From the human T2T-CHM13v2.0 reference genome, Homo sapiens, in NCBI RefSeq assembly GCF_009914755.1, contig NC_060936.1: DNA of 64,000 nucleotides; one strand, given 5' to 3'. The notes below the pieces were generated by a model. The model was not told the origin of the DNA. It saw only the letters and a list, made by a program, of their open reading frames with translations, and searched no databases. Shown here piece by piece: positions 33,555 to 50,834 of this stretch. The position numbers were made by a program, and so were the translations under genes. The stretch's first letter is position 1. Each line of letters opens with the position of its first letter.

Positions 33555-34968
33555 CATCACATGTAAAAGCAATACATTCATATATCAAAATTGGCTCCAA
33601 ATTCTTTATCATCATCACCATCAACAGTCTAGAAATGAAATGACACACTAATATAAAACTTTCCTGTTTATAACTAAAAGATTTATGAAACTTTTTTTTT
33701 ACCCTGAGGCTGATATCACCAAGGTGAAAAAGAAAAGTCATTATCAGCTGGAATGTATTCAATATAGAGTTTTAAAAACCATTTATCATTATTCTAGGTT
33801 TATGTCTATTCATTCTCCCCACCCACTCTATGGGATGATAACAGGAAAAGATGGCAAATGGTTGTGTCCAGTATTATTATATACTGGTTATATAATTCTC
33901 AAATGTACTGATTATATGATTCTCGATTTAATCTACTTACCAAAACAAAGAAATAAAATTTTAACATCCATTAACTCTATACTATCATATTTTAAAATAT
34001 GTATCAAAATCAGTTCTCTCTTATAAAAGAGGGGTTGGCAGTACATTCTCAGACCAAACAACAACAACAAGCCCCAAAAAACCGGTATAGTACCTTCTTA
34101 CAATGGCTACTGCAGTGCATTCTACATATTTCATAGAAACCAACTAGGTAAGTTCAGCGTTCGCAGAGATTGCCTCACAGATACTTAGCTCTGGGTTCCT
34201 AGTCACCTTGAGATAAGATCTGCAAATGTCTAAAAGAAAAACAACTCCCAAATGCTGTAACAGTTTTTCCATTCAAGTGCTGAGAGAGCTATGCATATAA
34301 AACTTGAAAAAAGATAGCCATGTTGAAGGGAGGACTATTTTAATGTGGTTTTTTGGTATGTAAATTACAAATAAATAGAAAAAAAGATTTTCAAAACCTG
34401 AATTCCTAATGTCTCTAACATTGTTTTTTGTGAACGGGTTTAGAGCCATGGTATGCTGCCTCTCACAAAGCAGCCTAGTGACTTTGTCTCCAATTATTTT
34501 CATGATAATCTCTAGATGCTTTTTAAAGCGCTTTTTCTAAATATTCTCAGCACTTCATCTAAACCAGCAGCTGGGGTGCATACCTGAGCCAGGAAATCTT
34601 TGTTGCCACTTTGTTTCAAAGTATTGTACATGCAATGTCCTGGGTACTACTTACCTCCCACTGCACAATTACACATATGCTGGTCTATAACGGAAATCTG
34701 GGATAGATGGCACTTTAAGAATTACTATCCCTAATCTGTCTGCACTCTTTGCTTTTATTATTTGTAGATCCCTTTCTAATTCAAATGATTCAAGTGAGCA
34801 ATATAAGCATAGACACTGGAATTTTTCTAAGAAGTTAAATTGTGTACACTAACTCTCAGCCAAAATTGGGTGAGGATAATAGAGAGAAAATTCAGCATTA
34901 GAAGGAGTTAAGAGAAAAGCTTTCTGAAAAAGGCTTGGTATACGTGCTGTCTTTTAAAGGCAGAATCA

Positions 34969-35655
<687 letters not shown>

Positions 35656-36797
35656 TTAGGGGAGGGAAGCTGTTCCAACACTTCTCATCTTCCTTACAAT
35701 GAAACAGCAAAACAGATGGAACAGGTAAACAAATTTCCACTAAACATGATTAAGAATTATATCTAACTTTTCAAGAGAGTAGGTTGTCAACAGCTACTTC
35801 AAAGGAGAAACCAGATTTGTCTCAAGCATCCCATGCTTTCTATAATGTTTCAAAATGGAGAGATACAAATTTGAAATATGAATTTTAGAAATCATTGTTG
35901 AATAGCTGTGTGTGCTGCAGAGGGGAAGGTAAAAAAAAATCTTAGAAGTGATCATTGTAGGGACTCTTTTTAAAACAAAAGGAAAATAAATGTTTGAATA
36001 ATAATTTAAAGTTTCACTTTGAAGATGCAATAAACACCTTGCACAGCAAGTCGTGGTGTAAGAATCCAAGAGCCCTGATGGATGAAGTGTAGGCTAATGA
36101 CATTTTGCAGCAATTATCAATTCAGATGTGGGAGACAGAGGAGAATGACAGGATCAAGTCTGAGGCTGCAGCCTGCTATCCTAAGGCAACTGGAAAGTGG
36201 GGCATTCTACCTTGATTTTCTCCTTCTGGCTTGTTTGACAGCACTGCAAATAATTGTCTTGTTTCTGATTTCTCTCAAGGTGCTCAGACTGTTTCAGAGT
36301 TTTAAATCCCCCCTTCAGAAGACCAACAAAGCAACAGATGGATTGGTGGATGATACTACTACCTGAATTCAATTTACAAAGGATCAATTCCTCTAAAGGG
36401 ACACATTTATGTCTGTATTTTTTTTCAACATTTATACGAATAAGTCTATTTAAACTAAAATCATTTATCCTGATAACACACACGTAAACTTTAAAGATCT
36501 CAATGACCACATTAGTTGAGACTCAGCTGATTCCATTTTGAATGGTATCTTTCACCCCTATGTGTTAAAACATCAATGATATCAACTTTTAACAAACAAG
36601 ACTACAAGAAACAGGCAAAAACAAAACAACAAAAACCAACCTTGAAGTCAGTATGTCTTTTTATATGGAGGCCACTTTTTTTCATATCTGTTTCAAAAGT
36701 ATCAGATAATTAACATTTAGTGGCTAGATGACTGAAGAGCAAACCTTCCTGCAAAAAAGAATAAAGCTTCCTTGACCACCGAGATTTGGAAGTGAAA

Positions 36798-37114
36798 TCA
36801 ATGAAAGTCTATCAAGTACTCAGGATAGATTTGGTTGGCATCAAAAACCACAAAGATCTTTGGGTTCCAGGTATCATCCACACAGCTGTCATATAAATTC
36901 ACATAGCTCCCGTCTTTGGAAGGAGGTCGCATGTATTTGGAGTCTCCGTTTATGTAATCTCCAATTAGCACTCGAGCAAGAAACATAGATTTATATGTTC
37001 TAAACAGATGCCGCTGTTGCAAGCTGACACCATGAATTTGGAATGTGTTCCCATGCTTTATGTCATCTTTGCAGAAACGACTGGAATAAGCAGCATCTCT
37101 AGCAAAATAGGTTC
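36798..37114 (-). CDS. PARP11: PARP11 last coding exon: (G)TYFARDAAYS...MFLARVLIG...KIFVVFDANQIYPEYLIDFH*
   Basis: 317 nt from tttaag|GA to the TGA at 36800-36798; GTYFA, ARVLxG and QIYPEY PARP motifs. Confidence 0.97.
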
Positions 37115-37450
37115 CTTAAACAAAGAGGACCAAGAAAAGCCAAGATTACTCCGAAGAATATATTAAAAACAAGCAAAAACATTTTGTCAGGAGAATAGAT
37201 GCATAGAATTGTATAATAAAAATAGATGTGGAATTTCCTCATCTGCAGATCTTTAAGAGAAGAATAGAAATCCATCTGTTATGGACAGCTGTAGTATAGA
37301 CTGCCATAGGAATAGATTTGTTGGTACAGACCAGTCCTCACCACCAACACCATCCCCTGCCCCCACCAAAATATAGCTATCAGACTTCTGTTTTTAAAAT
37401 AAATCTTACAAAGAAAACAATTAATAAAACAGATAAAACTGGTTTAATGA

Positions 37451-37780
<330 letters not shown>

Positions 37781-38711
37781 TGAGTTTTACTGCTTGGCCC
37801 TCCCTCCCGTTTCTATTTCCTTTCACCACTTCCTCACCCTGTTCCCTTGTCAACATCCAGCAAAGCTCTAGAGAGCACAGTGGAAACCGATGGCCTACAG
37901 GGATTCTTTTAAACCCCAAGAAACCGTATTTCTATGATATGGGATAACAATTCAGTAATATTTCTGGAAACAATAGAATCCCATATCCATGAAAAGATTT
38001 CTGAGAGAGTATAATGCTATTCATATCTGAGCATTCCAAAACAAAAATGATTTTACTGGCTCACTGCCTACACATGAAAACTCGATAAAGCAGCCAACTC
38101 TTCTGAAATGGTAGACACAAGAGATAGACATCATTAAGGGCATTCTTACTCTAAAAAAATGTGGAAATGAATTGCAAAGTCTCATATTTACCTAACACTG
38201 ATGGGATTTATGTAACACCTTCTGACCTCCTTACAGTTAAATAAGTGGAATGGCCTTTTTAGTAGTTATTTTTTAAATTAATTTACATTTTCAAAATGCA
38301 GCATATCCTGATCCTAAACAGTAGTCAGTTCTCTTGCTGGAAGTAAGGTACAAAGTAAGGACCAGAAAATTAAATGTACATCCCATACCTTTTCCCCTCA
38401 CCTCTCTCCTTAATTTGCCTGAGTACCAGACATAAATTGAAAAACTTGGATTTTCACAACATTATAAATAACGTGAAGTTTTCCCCCACTATTCCTTATT
38501 GCTCACTAATATTCTTACCTATGATTTTCTTAAAAACAAAATAAAACAAAAACACTAGTATCTATTCTCGTACACAATGCAATTATAATCCATTTGTTTT
38601 ATCATTCTCTATATATTTGCCATAAAGCAGTTCATATTTATATTTATATTCCTCTAAAAAGAGGAAACTCTCTCCTGGGGCTCAAATTGGACCTGGAATT
38701 CTGATAATTAC

Positions 38712-38863
38712 CTTTTCCAAAGACAGCACCATGTATACCATTTATTCTCCAATCAAAGTTATGAATGCAGATTGCTTCCACAAATTCACTGCTGGTACCA
38801 TGAAACAGCATTTGTTCATTAATCTGAGGCACACCTCTTTTTTTCTTGAGCTGAGCCTTTTTC
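38712..38863 (-). CDS. PARP11: PARP11 coding exon: KKAQLKKKRG...LFHGTS...HGAVFGK(G), catalytic His
   Basis: 152 nt, tttttag|G and AAG|gtaatt; FHGT signature, also seen in ORF 38644..38940. Confidence 0.97.
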
Positions 38864-41404
38864 CTAAAAACACAATATACACAGACACAAAAGCACACAG
38901 AAATATACCATAAGTAGCATTTATTAATCTTAATGAGCAAGGTTCAATAGAAAGCGTAAAACAGGAAATACTTTAATATAAATAACAAGTGGACAAAGCA
39001 AGTCTAGAAAAGAAATAATTTCAAATGTTCTTGGACACATAAATCATCTCATCAAAAATTATTAGTTAACACTGAAACTTAAGGTTGAAAATTATGCCAA
39101 AAACTATAGTTATCCCATGCTATGCCCCAATATCATAAAGGTAATTGATTGTCTAAACCAGCTAACCTTTATAGATGCCTAAAAATGAGACAACAAACAA
39201 GTAATACAAAGTTTGCAGAGACTTTAGACAGTGAATTCCTTGAGCAGGGATCATGTCATATGCTTTTTATCCTCAGAAACTAGAAAATGTTGGTTCAGTT
39301 GACTAAATTTTGCACCATAGGGTTGGGAGGGACATTAAGCCATCCAGTTTAATCCTCTTCCCAAGGATAAATCTATCCTAACACATAAAAGCATATTTAA
39401 TGTAGGACTGATTGTAACAGAAAACAAAAACTGAAAACAGCCTAAAATTATTTCACAGAGAAATGAATATATAGTCATGTATTTACATATAAAAGTTAAA
39501 AGTAATGAAGTAGATCTATGTGCATTAACATAGTAAATCTTAAAAAATAATATTGAATGTAAAAAGAATTTTGCAAAAAGAGATAGAGAACTCAAAATAA
39601 TACTGTGTATTATGTAGGTATACATACACAGGTAGTAAAAAATACAAAATACAAACAATAAGGCACCATACCAATCTCAGGAGGAAAGAAGGAGAGTAGG
39701 ACAGGGATGGAGTAAACACTTCACCTGTATCTGTGTGAAGAGGAAGGAAATGTGACAAGTATCAAAATGTTAAATCTGATTGGTAGATACATGGGAGTCT
39801 GCAAACTATTTGCTGCATTTTCATTCTTGAAACATTTCATAAAAATCATATTTTAAAAATTAAAAAGAATCCCCTCCGCCGGCTTCTGATAGCTCTTTAA
39901 TGCCTGCTTCAATTCATCCAGTGTCAAGTACTCACAGCATCACGTGCTCACTTTGCAAAACAGCACAATTTATTTGTGATCAGCTGTAATAGTTGGAAAG
40001 TACATCCATCTCAATGCCAAACCAAATCTGCCTTCTGTTACTTCTATTGATTGGTCTTAGTTATTCTCTTATGAACATTAACAACTCAAATCACTCTTAC
40101 ACAAAACAACATTGCAAATTTGAACACCTACCTAGGCTTTCTTTTCTTGGTTAAATATACACCATTCCTTCAACCACTCCTGACACAGCATAGCTTCTAG
40201 GTCTTTCTTTATCCCAACAGTCTTTAGTTAACAAGAATCTGCTGGATACTTTCTAGTTTATAAATGTTGGCATGAAATAGCAACAGTCCAGATATCATCA
40301 GACAGCACTGACTCCACCGACACCACTGAATGTATTTTGGTAACAGGGCAGCAAACTGCATCCATAATCAAGTGTGTAGTCGGTTAAAACTCCCAGGACT
40401 TTTCCAAACCAGACCTCTCTTAGCTTGCTAAATCTGTGCAACTGATTTATAAACTGAATGCAATAGATTTCAGTTAAGCTTTACTTGATATAGTAATTTA
40501 AAAAGTAAAAATTAAATAACAGTAAAATATCCGTATCTCAGACTGAGTTCTGTAAATGATAGGCAGCTCGTTGAATATGTTTGGGAATGGATACCTGCAT
40601 TTAAATGGTGACAGAGATGAAAACGCATACGGTCTTTCTCAAGAGTCACTTGGCAGTATGTATCAAAATTTAAATGTATATGCTTTGATCTATTTGTGAC
40701 AGTCTTTTCAGACCATTAAGCATGACATCAGAAGGTCGTGCATTTAGCAAATGTTTACTTTACAAAAAGTCAGCATGCTTTCACTAAGAACTTCCTTTTT
40801 CAGAACTTTATGTTCTCACTTTTTTTAAACAAGGCGCATTTGTTCCCTTTATAAAAACAAACGAAAAAAGTTTTTTAAATTAAAAAAAGAAGATAATACT
40901 TGTTTTTACCCACTGTTTCAATCTTCCAAGGTCTTTCTGACTGCTGATTCACTCACTCAACAAATAAGCTACCCCTTCTAGTTTTGAATCCCTCACAAGT
41001 GTGATAAGCAAGCCCTCTACATTTTCATCCATTTCTGATAAAAATTTTGAAGGATCCAAGAAGAGAGCATGCATGCCTTTCGAGTTACTCTTTGCGTAAG
41101 ACTTTTTGTCTACTAGTTTTTCTCTTTGAAATACCCACCAGCACATATTTCTCCATCTTGTCTTCCTGAAAAGAAACTTTCTCAACCACTATAAAGTGAG
41201 AAACCAAGCTAGACTGTCTAAGGGGCCTATCCATCTACCACTATGGTAATCCTATTAGTTAGTTTGGCATTAGTGAATCCATACTGGTTTTCTCAAAGAA
41301 ACATTAGTATCATACATAATGCCAGGCTTCATGGTCTGTAATGTCAAACTTGTCAATGTTGTGCTTCATGATCTGCAATGACTAGAATCCACTCTAAGGA
41401 AATT

Positions 41405-41882
<478 letters not shown>

Positions 41883-42699
41883 TCATTTATCACTACTTTT
41901 CGGGCACAAATTCGATTGAATCTCGGTTTGAAAATTCACTGGAGTTTCTCTTAGATATTATAAATAAACTGTGGGTTAAAGGGCATGGAGTATGGGCATA
42001 GGCAGGCATGGAAAACAACGCTTACTTACTAGATTAGATGGTGCATATATACCAGTTGAAGGCAGAGGGCAGGGGCATGGTGGTTAAAGCTTTGTATCCC
42101 CACAGCACAGTTTGTTCTAGTGCCCACTACTCCCACTACTAAGGCAGCCACGAAATGCGGACATTCACAGACTATGACCTTGGTGTTCCAGAAAGGCTAA
42201 AGGTGATTTCCAGGGCCTCATGAACTTTAGTTACATCTGCAAGGAAAGTCACAGAACTACACTAAGTTCTTCACAACCCTGCCCACCTTTGCCCAGATCC
42301 ACAATCATTCCCGAACTTACTGAAAGTACTGTCGCACCCACTTCTCAAAGATGTCTCAAAATTATCCACCTCTTAGGGACTAGAGTGCCAAACTGGCTAA
42401 AGTGTGTATGCCACATGCTCTGCACTGGAGCAAGAATACTTTCATGCTCTGGATTAAAATAAATTTGCCTAGATTTAGAACACCTGTCATCCTGCTGAAC
42501 ATCAGAGCCACTTATGGAATTTTTTAAGGTAAAAATGTCAGAACCCAGAGGTTCTGATTCAGTAGATCTGTGGCGGGTGACAGGTATCTCTACTTGCTAG
42601 TAAATTCCACTGGCGATTCTGACCTGCAACTAGCTTTGAGAATCTCTGATCTAAATTCACATTATTAACAAGATGCTCTTATTTCCTTGCTGCCTTATA

Positions 42700-44900
42700 C
42701 TTCCCAGCTCTGGATCAATCCAACCATTTCCACTATCTGCCCTTACATTTGTACTGCTGAAGTACATTACATAACATGGTTTGCCCTATAAATTCACATA
42801 CTTTAGCTAAGCCCTCAACGCTGACAGAAATCCTGTGGTTCCCAAGACAGCTCGTTCTACCCCATTTTCCACAGTAGCCATTTCAAATCTCCTCTTTCCC
42901 CTTTTCTTTCCCTCTTATCAACACCTCCCTACACTTCATTCGCTGTAGGTGACCTCCCTTCTTCCTTCACAAAAGAAACGGAAGGTATCAGAAAAGAACT
43001 CCTTAACCTAACTCCTCTTTTCGTCCTCTACCTCTACTTATCTGTAAACATAACTGGACCACCCTTCTCTATCTCCTTTCTGACATATGTTCTCAGAATT
43101 TCATCTCACCACACTTCTTCAGGAGCTAGAATCCATCAACTGCCCTTCCACTCTTTCTCTAAGTCTTTTAAATTCTCCTTCTCCATAGGTCCTTTCCAAT
43201 TACAATGTTCAGTTCTCTCCCATGATTAAATTTTAAAAACATAACATAACAATAATCCCACATTAGCTGTCTTCTCACATCTCTCATCCTCCTCACTGCC
43301 AAGCTTCTTGAAAAAGTTGTCAACATTTGCTGTATACACAATATGATGTCTACCAACCTTGCCTTCATCTAAGTTACCAATGGCCTTCTTATTGAAAAAT
43401 GCAAAGGAACTTTTCAAATTTATCTTACTTGACATCTTTTCAGTATGTAATCGTACAGATGGCACCTACTTGTGTAAACCACATTCTCCCTCCAGCTTCT
43501 GTGATTACATCTTCTATTGGTTTTCTCCCGCTTTCTGTGGTTGTCAGTTTCCTCCTTGGGTTTTCTCTTCCTCTGTTCATCCCTTCCAGAATTTGACCCT
43601 TGGCCCTCTTCTTTTCTTAATGTACATACGCTCCCTGGTCATCTTCTTCATTCCTATAGTTTCTATTACCCCACATTTTCTAACAACTCCAAAACCTTTG
43701 TCTCTAGTCTACACCACTCTTCTGAACTCCTGACCCATATGTCAACTGCTGTATATCAACTAATACTCCCTTTCCATCATCCCTAAAGATGTCCCTACTG
43801 ATATTCCCTTAGTCAAGTAAAACAAGCCAAAAACTTGGGAGTTATCTTTCTCATCTCCCTTATTCACTCCATCGCATACAATAAGTGAGGCGCCAAGCCC
43901 TACCATTCTATAATCTTAATACCTCAAAACTCTCTTCTTTGCTCCAACACAGCAGATACCACTTTGGGTCAGGCAACCCAACGTGTCTCAGTTTAATTAC
44001 TGAAACAATTTCCTAAACTGGTCTCTCTGCTATGAACTGGGATTTCAATTACTGAGATTTTGTGTTGGACACTTCTTTGTTGTGAAAGGCTTCTTCTTTG
44101 TTGTGTCATGCATTGTAGGATGTTTAGCATCCTGGCTTCTATCCAGTAGATGCCAGGAGCACCCCCACCCTGCCATATTAACAATCAAAAATGACTCCAG
44201 TCATTACCAAATGTCCCCCAGCAGGTAAAATCACTCCCAGTTGAGAACCACTGCTTTAAATCCCTTCTCCACCACACAGCCTAATTATTTTTCTAAAATG
44301 CAGATCAGATCCATCACTCTCTTGCTTAAAGTTCTACAATGGCATTCTACTGTCCCAGGAAAAAATCCAAACCTCTTAGTTTAGCTTATAAGGCCCCACG
44401 TGGTCTAGCCCCCGCTAACTCTCTGACTTCCACTCTGGTTCAATCCAACTCAACTAAGGCTACTAAAGACGATCACACAACCACCCCAGTGGTGCTACTA
44501 CAAACTCCTGCATGCTCTGCCTCTTGATACCATTCTAGCCTCCTCTCTCACCATTCTACCTAATTTCTGTTCAATCTGAAGCTGCTTCAATTTTCTGCGC
44601 TCCCTCTTATATCCAGACTTTGGTTCTTACTGCCCCTGATGCCTGAGATGCCCTTCTCCTATCCAACTGGTGTCTGGGGCTCCCTAATTCTACCCACTCC
44701 ACTCCACATCCCCTACTTTTGTTGGCAAAGGTGGATGGGTCCCCTCACTTTGTGCTCCCATGACTCCCTGTGCTGACCCCTACATTTCTGTGTTACAATG
44801 GTCTGGCTCTCCAAGCTATGGTTCTCTGTACCATTATATCCCAAGTGCCCAGAACAGTGCTTGTCATAAAGTAGGTACTAAGACATTTTTGTTAGAAGAA
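42700..44900 (+). mobile_element. Long L2 with a MER20 insertion (~44040-44254)
   Basis: CT-rich L2 ORF/3' text; MER20 GCATTGTAGGATGTTTAGCATCCTGG...GTTGAGAACCACTG. Confidence 0.7.
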
Positions 44901-46550
44901 GTGGGGAAAGTAAGAGAGGCCTAGGCAATTTGAAAACTATTGCTGGATGGACTCACGTGGGCCTGACTACCTATATGGTGAGTCATAGGTTATGTGACAG
45001 TGAGACAGACAAAGTTATTTTAGTTCTTCAGGATGATGTCAAAATGACACGCTGCCCTTATAATGAGACTCAGTATTTTGTACTGTCATGGCAGGTGGCA
45101 GGTTCACTTACCATCACAGATTTCTATGTCATTATGTAATTTATGTCATTACATAAAACCGTGAAGGGCATCACCAGAGTAAAACTGTTCCCATTGGAAT
45201 TCTTAGTATAAAATGTTCTAGGGAGTCACTGGTACATTTTTACCACTATGATTTAACTGGGGACTCAAGTTATGGGGGAGACCAATTTGATCTCCACTTC
45301 AGAGGGCTGATGAAGAATAATGAATTAAATTTTCATCAGACTATTTCAGAAAAACTTACTTTATTCACTGAGAGAATAAAGTCAAAGGAGGCAGAGGCTT
45401 CTGTCTTCCTCTATAAAAGAATCATCTAAACAAGAACTAAATTAAACTGTCTAAACTCAGTTAAACTCAGTTATTGTCAGAAATAAAAGTTGGTTTGGCC
45501 AATAGACCCAAGACTATAAAGAACACAAGCTGAAAGCCCCTTATTACCATAAACTATTATGAGAATAAAACCTGAAATGTACGCAGGCCATATTAACTAG
45601 TCAGAACCATGAAAGAATTCCATGTATCATTACCAAACAAAAGTCAGCCTAATTCTCAGGTATATAGAAATGAAATGAGTTATGGTCTGGGATTTGCTTA
45701 AAAATACTTCAGCAACAACAATAATAACAAAAAAGGAGATAGTTTATGTGTGGTAAATCTTGATAGGTGTTGAATCAGGATGACAGATACATGAGGTTCA
45801 TTATATTAGACTCTACTTTTGTGTTTATTTGCAATTTCTCTGAATAAAAAGTTAAAAGTCAGCTTACATATTTAAAAATATTAGACACCAAATCTCATCT
45901 ACAAATGTTAATTGAAAATATTTCAGAGAACCGCTTATTTTAATTTTTTACATGTCATAAAAAATATGGCAGAACAGGCTAATTTGGATAATACCTTTAA
46001 TAGCTTAAAGTTTTCTGTAATGGACTTTACTTTGGTTAAGTCACCCAACTTAATGGGTCATTTCCCACTTAAATCCAGTAAGGAATTGAGATTTTAAATC
46101 TACAAAATAAACTTTAGGCTAAGCAGGAAATTTGAAGGTATGTTTTAAAGTGTTCTTTAAAATAAAACAGACAAAAGACTATTGGCAAGATAGTATGATT
46201 TAAAAACAAAACAGTGTTTGCAGAGACTTCTAATAAAAGGCTTAGCCAAGGAAGTCATATCAACAAAGCTAAACAGCTCTGACACTCCTCTGTAATGCTG
46301 ATTTCAGCCAAGATGCATAGCTCTAAACCTTGAAAGGAAGGAGCTTCTCACATTGCAATGCTACAAGCAAAGTTTACAGAGCACCTCTTTCACTCCCTGA
46401 GAATGCTGAAGAGCCTTGAGACCAGGTCAAAATACGGCAAGAGAAAAACAGCATGTCTACACCACTGAAAATTAATACAATTCAATATTTATGTTTTAAC
46501 CATAAAAGACATAGTGGAAAGGAGAAGTTTCAGATTAGAAATCATCTCAC

Positions 46551-46681
46551 CTGCAAAAGAACTCCCACAAATCTAGGTTTTGAATTCTCTGAATTCTTTT
46601 AATTCGGTTGCGATCCATCGTCTTCCCAAAGAGATTAGCAACTTCATTATATTCATGTGTTTGATTGTGCAGAGGAATAAG
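46551..46681 (-). CDS. PARP11: PARP11 coding exon: LIPLHNQTHEYNEV...IKRIQRIQNLDLWEFFC(R)
   Basis: 131 nt, tttccag|CTT and AG|gtgaga; separated from the previous exon by an 81-nt intron; RIQN-x-x-LW PARP motif. Confidence 0.96.
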
Positions 46682-46762
46682 CTGGAAAAATAAATTTGCA
46701 TAGATTTACTGCAGTCATTTCCGGTTTCTTTCATGGGTATATTCAGTCAATTCTGCTCTTAC

Positions 46763-46835
46763 CTGATATGGTACTTGAGTATTCACATTCTCCCAGTGTG
46801 GTGGCATAGGGATGGCCTCGTTTTCACAGATGTAA
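46763..46835 (-). CDS. PARP11: PARP11 coding exon: YICENEAIPMPPHWENVNTQVPYQ
   Basis: 73 nt, tttcaag|T and CAG|gtaaga; P-x-x-W motif at the start of the PARP domain. Confidence 0.96.
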
Positions 46836-46994
46836 CTTGAAACAGCAAAAGAGAAAACAAAATATCAGAAGCCGATTACAATTACTGTCAAGAACTTAGC
46901 CCTTCTTCAAAGCTTAATTTTCATTTTCAGGGTATTGTGACAAATGCAATTAAATACAGCCTTCCGTTTCTTCATTTAAAAATTATTGACTGTC

Positions 46995-47305
<311 letters not shown>

Positions 47306-48294
47306 CTATGTGTGCTACTTTTTAGGTGTTCAATAGTGAACTTTTGATGGAAAATATCCAACCCTATATATCATAAAAATTTCAAAAACAGTTGCTTAGT
47401 TCTGTCTTGTTTTTTTTGAAATTTCCAAAATTTCTTTAAAATGTAAAGAAGATTTTAGGCAAAGAAATTAAAAACAAAATCAAGCTCCTGATGAAAACAA
47501 AAGGCTGAAACTCGTATTTATATTGTCTATTGAATAAAATCAAAACTCCTCAACCATTCATTCGATGTTCTCCAAGATCTAACTCAAACCTAAACCCTTC
47601 TCTGTTAATTGCCCACTATTCTCTCCAACAGTCCACTACCTTTAAGGGTTATTAGCACAGTCAGTCAGTAAATCTTAAAAACTATCAGACATGTTCAAGC
47701 CACCCGATGTGAATACAGAAAAACAGTGATGTTGAGGGATTTAATAGCAAAAGGCTGAACATGACACACCAATCGCCTCCAGTGATTGGAGGTTACTAAA
47801 TAAATTAATAAATTTCAAACCGATCTTTAGTTTACTTTTTTCAAACTTACTTTAATGAAAAAAATCAAATAGGTGATTTAAAAATTAATATGTGTGAAGA
47901 AATATACAGTGAGAAGTTTTCCTCCCACTCCAGTCCCTGGTATGTCCAAGTCTCACTTTTTGCCCCATCTCCTGGTAATTAGTTTCTTGGGTATTCTTCC
48001 AGAGCTTCTTTAGGTTAATACAAGCCAAGCTTTTTGCTCACACAGATGGTAGCATAAAGCATACATTTATTGCACCTGTTTTTTTGGTTTTTACTTCATA
48101 GCTTCTTAGAGATCTTTCTGTAACAGTGCATAGAGAGTATCATTATTCCTAGTGCTTACGACAGAGCCTGGCACATAGTACACACTCAGTAAGTACTGGA
48201 TGAATGAATGAATGCATTCTATTTTACAGACGCACAGAACTCCGCCATGTGGATACACCATAATAATATTTAGCTTGCCTCCAACTTTTTGCTA

Positions 48295-48720
<426 letters not shown>

Positions 48721-50411
48721 TTAACAGACACCAACCAAATGCTGTCTTTGAATGTACCTACTGACATTCTCACCAGAAATATAGAAATCATCTGTTTTCC
48801 CACAACCACTCCAAAAAGGTGTGTGATCAAACTTTTGAATTTTAGTCAATCTGGTAGTAAAAATTAGTCTGGTATTAATTTGTTTTTCTCCTATTATGAG
48901 TGAGGTTGTATGAACTGTTCAAATTGTTTGCCCATGTTGATCTTCTATTTAGAGAGTCCTAAAAGTACTTCATATAATATGGAGAATATCCCTTCAACTA
49001 CAACAATGAATAAAAATATTTCCCCAATTTTCTGTGAGGGAAAAAAATGCCTAAAACACACTTGGCCTAAAGTATCTTTTAGCTATGACCAAAAAATTTT
49101 TTTAGTTTTTATGTAGTCAACAGCCTTAAAGAACTCCTTGCCAACAGGAAGCATGTATTACCTACCTTGCATGTGATAAATGCTCAATGTATTCCCACAG
49201 TAAATAAATATTTCTATATCAGCACCTACTGACCTTCAACACCCTATTGTATCTTACCTAAACAGTCCTCTCCTTTTATTATTATCTTGCTTATTGTCCT
49301 CCATTCTGCTTAGTTCTCTCCTTGTGCTGTCTTTGTTCTATGGTTTGTACAGTCTGTGACAGAACAAAGTGTTTGATCCCATCACAGTGTTTCTTGTCTC
49401 CACCAAAGCACAGCAGATACAATGTACAATTACAATAACATCTTCCATTATTATGTCTCATTTTTCATTTTTCTCCCAGATTAAATACTTTCTGAAGATA
49501 AGTAATTCTTTTATTATATTATTTGTACTAAAGAATGTGGATATGACGTAGCTAGTAAGGAAATACTATTCTCTATATTCCACAGAAGTACTAGAGCATT
49601 CATTTTATAAGTACTTGGAATAACTTTTATATCGTGATGCTAAAATAAAACCAAAATAAATGCTAAAATAAAACCAAAAGTCTTGAGAAACAAACTGACA
49701 GAAACTTAAAATATTTCTTTCTTTAATCCTTTCAAAAATCTCCTTGGAAGGAGCAAATAGGCATTCCCTGCAATTAACATGCTACCTTTTTTTTTTTCCA
49801 GTTTCATTTTAAATTATTTGAACAAAAAAGAATTTCAATACTTGCTTGAAGAGTCATTTTAGAAAATAGGAGACATGCTTTAAGATTTTTTCCTTCAAGT
49901 CCATTCATTCACATGAATAATAAATATGTATTGTCTTCTGACATTTATACCTCCTTTTTCAGACTTCTTATGGCCAGAGCAAGCAAAAAAGAAAATTTGT
50001 AACCAAGTTCCAGGGAACAGAAAGCAATACTGTTGTCCACTGTTCTACCATCTTCCCTATGGCTCCCTTAGTCTCTACAAATTTGAAATTACTTCTAGGA
50101 GTTGACCAATGGAGATCAATGTAGGTGGAAACAAAGTGAACAACTACCTAATTCTTACGGCCCCAGTAATTGTATGGCTCTGAGAGAGTACGTCCAAGTT
50201 AACAATTTAAACTTACCTCAGTGAGTTATTTTATGAGTTTAGAGCAGAGACCATAAGGCATTTTGTAACTGCAAACTGTTCTAAAGAATTAAAAAATGTA
50301 AATATACAAGAAGGAAAAGGATAACATGAAAGGAAGCACTTAGAGTAAATAATAATGTTGCTATTTTGTCAACAAATGAGAGATTTGATATTTTTTTAAT
50401 TAATTAGTTTA

Positions 50412-50705
50412 TTTTTTTGAGATGGAGTCTCACTCTGTCGCCCAGGTTGGAGTGGCGCAGTGGTGCCATCTCGGCTCACTTCAAGCTCCGCCTCACGGGT
50501 TCACACCATTCTCCTGACTCAGCCTCCCGAGTAGCTGGGACCACAGGCACCTGCCACCACATCCAGCTAATTTTTTTTGTATTTTTAGTAGAGACGGGGA
50601 TTCACCGTGTGTTAGCCAAGATGGTCTCGATCTCCTGACTCGTGATCAGGCCGCCTCGGCCTCCCAAAGTGCTGGGATTACAGGTGTGAGCCACTGCGCC
50701 TGGCC
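50412..50705 (-). mobile_element. AluY
   Basis: AluY diagnostics; TSD AGATTTGATATTT. Confidence 0.92.
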
Positions 50706-50834
50706 CAAGATTTGATATTTAAAAGATCAATATTATTAAATGACCTACCAAAATATTTCCAGTCTATTTGTTTTTCTGTCCAATAGTAAGAAAAAAAAAA
50801 CCCACTCTTTCCACCCCTATTCTCTTTACCATAC

